Shown: positions 61,634 through 64,000 of the stretch, in pieces
Position numbering within the stretch: position 1 is the first letter of the stretch
Layout of the letters: every line of letters begins with the position of its first letter
Assembly (NCBI GenBank): GCA_002748415.1
Contig: PDSI01000248.1
Span: 35,567 to 99,566 of the forward strand
DNA from: Micrococcales bacterium
GTDB lineage: Bacteria; Actinomycetota; Actinomycetes; Actinomycetales; CAWJMD01
Direction: 5' to 3'
DNA: 64,000 nucleotides
Position numbers and translations under genes: made by a program
The notes under the pieces: model-generated
What the model was told of the DNA's origin: nothing
Database searches by the model: none
The model's input: only the letters and a program-made list of their open reading frames with translations

Positions 61634-62023
61634 ATGCCCGGACTTCTATTAGGTGTCGGGCTGGGTGGAAGCCTTGTTTTCGTTGCGGCGGTCATTTTTC
61701 TTGTCGCGCATGCTGTGAAAAATGGTTCCCTGGGTCCGAACCGATTTATTGGTATCCGGACCAAGGCCACGAAGAGTTCACCTCGCGCATGGCAGGAGGG
61801 GCACGCCGCGGCACATCCCTGGATGCTGTCCTCAAGTCTTGCGGCGCTGAGCTTCGCGGTAGCTACAGGATTGGCGGCTGCCAGCGGTCTGAGCGAAGGT
61901 GCTGTCGTCGCCCTCGGGCTGGCGGGTTACGCGGGTCTTATCGTTTTTATCAGTATTGCTGCATTCGTGGCGGACGCCGCTGCGAAGAGAGTTGTGAACG
62001 CGAGTTCCGAGCAACCTGAATGA
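61634..62023 (+). CDS. Small membrane protein, SdpI-family-like
   Basis: Hydrophobic N- and C-terminal segments flank NRFIGIRTKATKSSPRAW, which resembles the SdpI/YhfL motif. GAGTAAG lies upstream of the ATG. Confidence 0.4.
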   Translation: MPGLLLGVGLGGSLVFVAAVIFLVAHAVKNGSLGPNRFIGIRTKATKSSPRAWQEGHAAAHPWMLSSSLAALSFAVATGLAAASGLSEGAVVALGLAGYAGLIVFISIAAFVADAAAKRVVNASSEQPE

Positions 62024-62395
62024 GTCGTCCGGTTTCCTGGCCGGGTCGCTGGCGACGCCAGAACCGGGTGTCCTGAGACCGCTTCTGGCGGCAAGCCGGT
62101 TCGCCGCCCCGGCCACCCTGTATTCCGCTCGGATCGCTCGCATCGGCCCCTATGGTGCTGTGCGGGGACGTATGGCGCCGGCGTGCCGCTACCCGACGTA
62201 CCCCAACAGCGCCATAGCTGCCGGAATGACCGGCTCGCCGGCTTTGCGAGTGCACCCGAACCGCCGGACCCGCACCCTCGCGCCAGTTCTCGCGTGAGTT
62301 GGAGTTCCGAATCCGCACCACCACATCGACCGAACAAGCCAAGACGATCAGCCAGGCAGGCTGCCCCGGCGATCCTGGCCCACCGGCCTTGGCCT

Positions 62396-64000
62396 GTAAC
62401 CATTCAGGTCTCGGGTAGGGCTCGGTTGGGTGTCGGTTGAGACTCGTTGAGTGGGTGGGGTTTGGGGTGGTGGGGGTGGTGGTGATGCTGGGTGGGTGTC
62501 CTCGGAGTGGGAGTCGTTGCCTGCGGAGCAGTTGATCGGGCTGTTGCAGGTTCAGGCTGCGGCGAACGCGGTACAGGTTGAGCAGCTCGCGGCGCAGTCG
62601 GAGCGGATCTCGGCGTTGACCGAGCAGGTGGCGGCGCTGACTGCGCAGGTGGCGGAGTTGACCCGCAAGCTGGGTCGGAACTCGAAGAATTCGTCGTTGC
62701 CGCCGTCGGCGGACCGTGGCCTCAGCACCAAAGGCGACGCCGCGCCGCGGGCCGCCGCGCCGCGTCGGCGGCGAGGTTCGACGACGCGGAAGCCGGGTGG
62801 TCAGCCGGGGCACCCGGGCCGGACCCGGGACTTGGTGGCGGACCCGGATGAAGTGCTCGATCATGTCCCCGGTGCGTGTGCCGGGTGTGGTGGCGACCTG
62901 CGGCAGGCACCCGATGCGGGTGATCCGCTGCGTCGGCAGGTGCACGACATTCCCGATCCGGTGCCACCGTGGGTGGTCGAGCACCGGTTGCATTCCCGCC
63001 GTTGCGGGTGTGGTCACACCACCACCGCCCCGGCCCCGGCCGGGGTGTGCGCCCCGGTGCAGTTGGGTCCGAACGTGGCGGCGGTCGCGGTGTATCTGGT
63101 GGTGTTCCAGCATGTTGCGGTCGAACGCGCCGCCGGGCTGATCCACGACCTGTGCGGCATCACCGTCTCGACCGGGTGGATCAGCGCCCAGGTGCGCAAA
63201 ACCTCGGCCGCGCTCACCCAGGCGAGCGAGGCGATGGTGGCCCGGTTGCGGGTCGAACCCGTTGTCGGGGTGGACGAAACATCCGTGTCGGTGGGTGGGG
63301 TGCGGTACTGGTTGCACGTGGCCCGCACCGACGCGCTGACCGTCTACTACCTGCACCCCACACGTGGTCGCGAAGCGGTCGACGCGTTCGGTGTCCTGCC
63401 CGACTACACCGGGGTGATCGTCCGTGACGCGTTGGCCGTCTACGACGGGCCCATGTACGCCACCGCCACGCACGCGTTGTGCGGGGCGCACCTGCTGCGG
63501 GACCTGACCGCAGCCGCCGAGGACCACCCCGACCAGGTCTGGCCCGGCCAAGCCGGCGACGCGTTGCTGACATTGAACCGGTTGGTCCGCACCGCGCGGG
63601 ACACCGGTCGTGCTGCCGACCCCGAGGAGGTGGCCGAGCAGGTGCGGTGGTTCGACCAGGCCATCGCCGTCGGCCTGAAGAACCACCCCCGAGCAGCCGG
63701 GCGGAAACAGACCCCCACGAGGAACCTACTGCACCGGATGAAGACCCGACGCGAGGAGTACCTCCGCTACGTCACCGACCCCGACGTGCCGTTCACCAAC
63801 AACGGAGCCGAACGCGACCTACGACCCGCCAAAACACAACAGAAGATCTCCGGATCCCACCGCTCCGCCACCGGGGCCACCGCCTGGGCAGTCGTCCGCG
63901 GCCACATCTCCACACTCCACAAACAACGCCTACCCGTGCTGACCGGGCTACGCGACGCCCTCACAGGAAACCCCTGGACCCCAGCACCCTCCTGAATGGT
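62396..64000 (+). mobile_element. IS66-family insertion sequence (single-ORF type), right end cut by the window edge
   Basis: The left end GTAACCATTCAGG (62396) is mirrored by CCTGAATGGT at 63991-64000. GTAA termini are typical of IS66. Confidence 0.8.
62451..63995 (+). CDS. IS66-family transposase
   Basis: An N-terminal coiled coil, KNSSLPPS, GGQPGHPG, Zn-finger-like CAGCGG...CGCGH, VGVDETS, CGAHLLRDL and FTNNGAERDLR. Confidence 0.9.
   Translation: MGGVWGGGGGGDAGWVSSEWESLPAEQLIGLLQVQAAANAVQVEQLAAQSERISALTEQVAALTAQVAELTRKLGRNSKNSSLPPSADRGLSTKGDAAPRAAAPRRRRGSTTRKPGGQPGHPGRTRDLVADPDEVLDHVPGACAGCGGDLRQAPDAGDPLRRQVHDIPDPVPPWVVEHRLHSRRCGCGHTTTAPAPAGVCAPVQLGPNVAAVAVYLVVFQHVAVERAAGLIHDLCGITVSTGWISAQVRKTSAALTQASEAMVARLRVEPVVGVDETSVSVGGVRYWLHVARTDALTVYYLHPTRGREAVDAFGVLPDYTGVIVRDALAVYDGPMYATATHALCGAHLLRDLTAAAEDHPDQVWPGQAGDALLTLNRLVRTARDTGRAADPEEVAEQVRWFDQAIAVGLKNHPRAAGRKQTPTRNLLHRMKTRREEYLRYVTDPDVPFTNNGAERDLRPAKTQQKISGSHRSATGATAWAVVRGHISTLHKQRLPVLTGLRDALTGNPWTPAPS

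Overview
High-GC actinobacterial-type DNA in three parts. (1) nt 1-43.8 kb is the 3' portion of a nonribosomal peptide (NRPS) gene cluster. It holds two giant co-directional NRPS genes, the first running off the left edge. Together they show at least 9 modules, six epimerisation domains, one methyltransferase embedded in an A domain, and a terminal thioesterase. They are followed by an MbtH-like gene, a VioC/AsnO-type Fe(II)/2OG hydroxylase, an ABC exporter, an Sfp-type PPTase on the opposite strand, a HisC-like aminotransferase and a SAM methyltransferase. A heavily decayed leuA-like pseudogene and an alpha/beta hydrolase follow. NRPS gene 1 contains an exact 3.2-kb in-frame direct repeat, an A-T-E block reused three modules downstream. 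(2) nt 46.2-52.3 kb holds a tRNA-Arg-like 3' fragment and a perfect hairpin, then a nested pile of mobile elements: an IS481-like remnant and an IS3-family element whose orfB is split by a cargo-less Tn554-like recombinase trio and again by an IS5-family element. (3) nt 52.3-62.4 kb is a visibly lower-GC, housekeeping-like segment: a udgB pseudogene, a LOG/TIGR00725-like gene, a DUF4352 protein, an Nth-like glycosylase, a Kef-type antiporter, a PAP2 phosphatase, an orphan family-5 solute-binding lipoprotein, a NUDIX hydrolase and an SdpI-like protein. It ends in an IS66-family element cut by the window edge. I found no rRNA, intact tRNA or CRISPR array. The most interesting points are the recombination scars in the NRPS (the exact module-block duplication and a chimeric T domain), the uncharacterised D-residue-rich product, and evidence that the cluster lies on a tRNA-targeted island bounded by the mobile-element pile.
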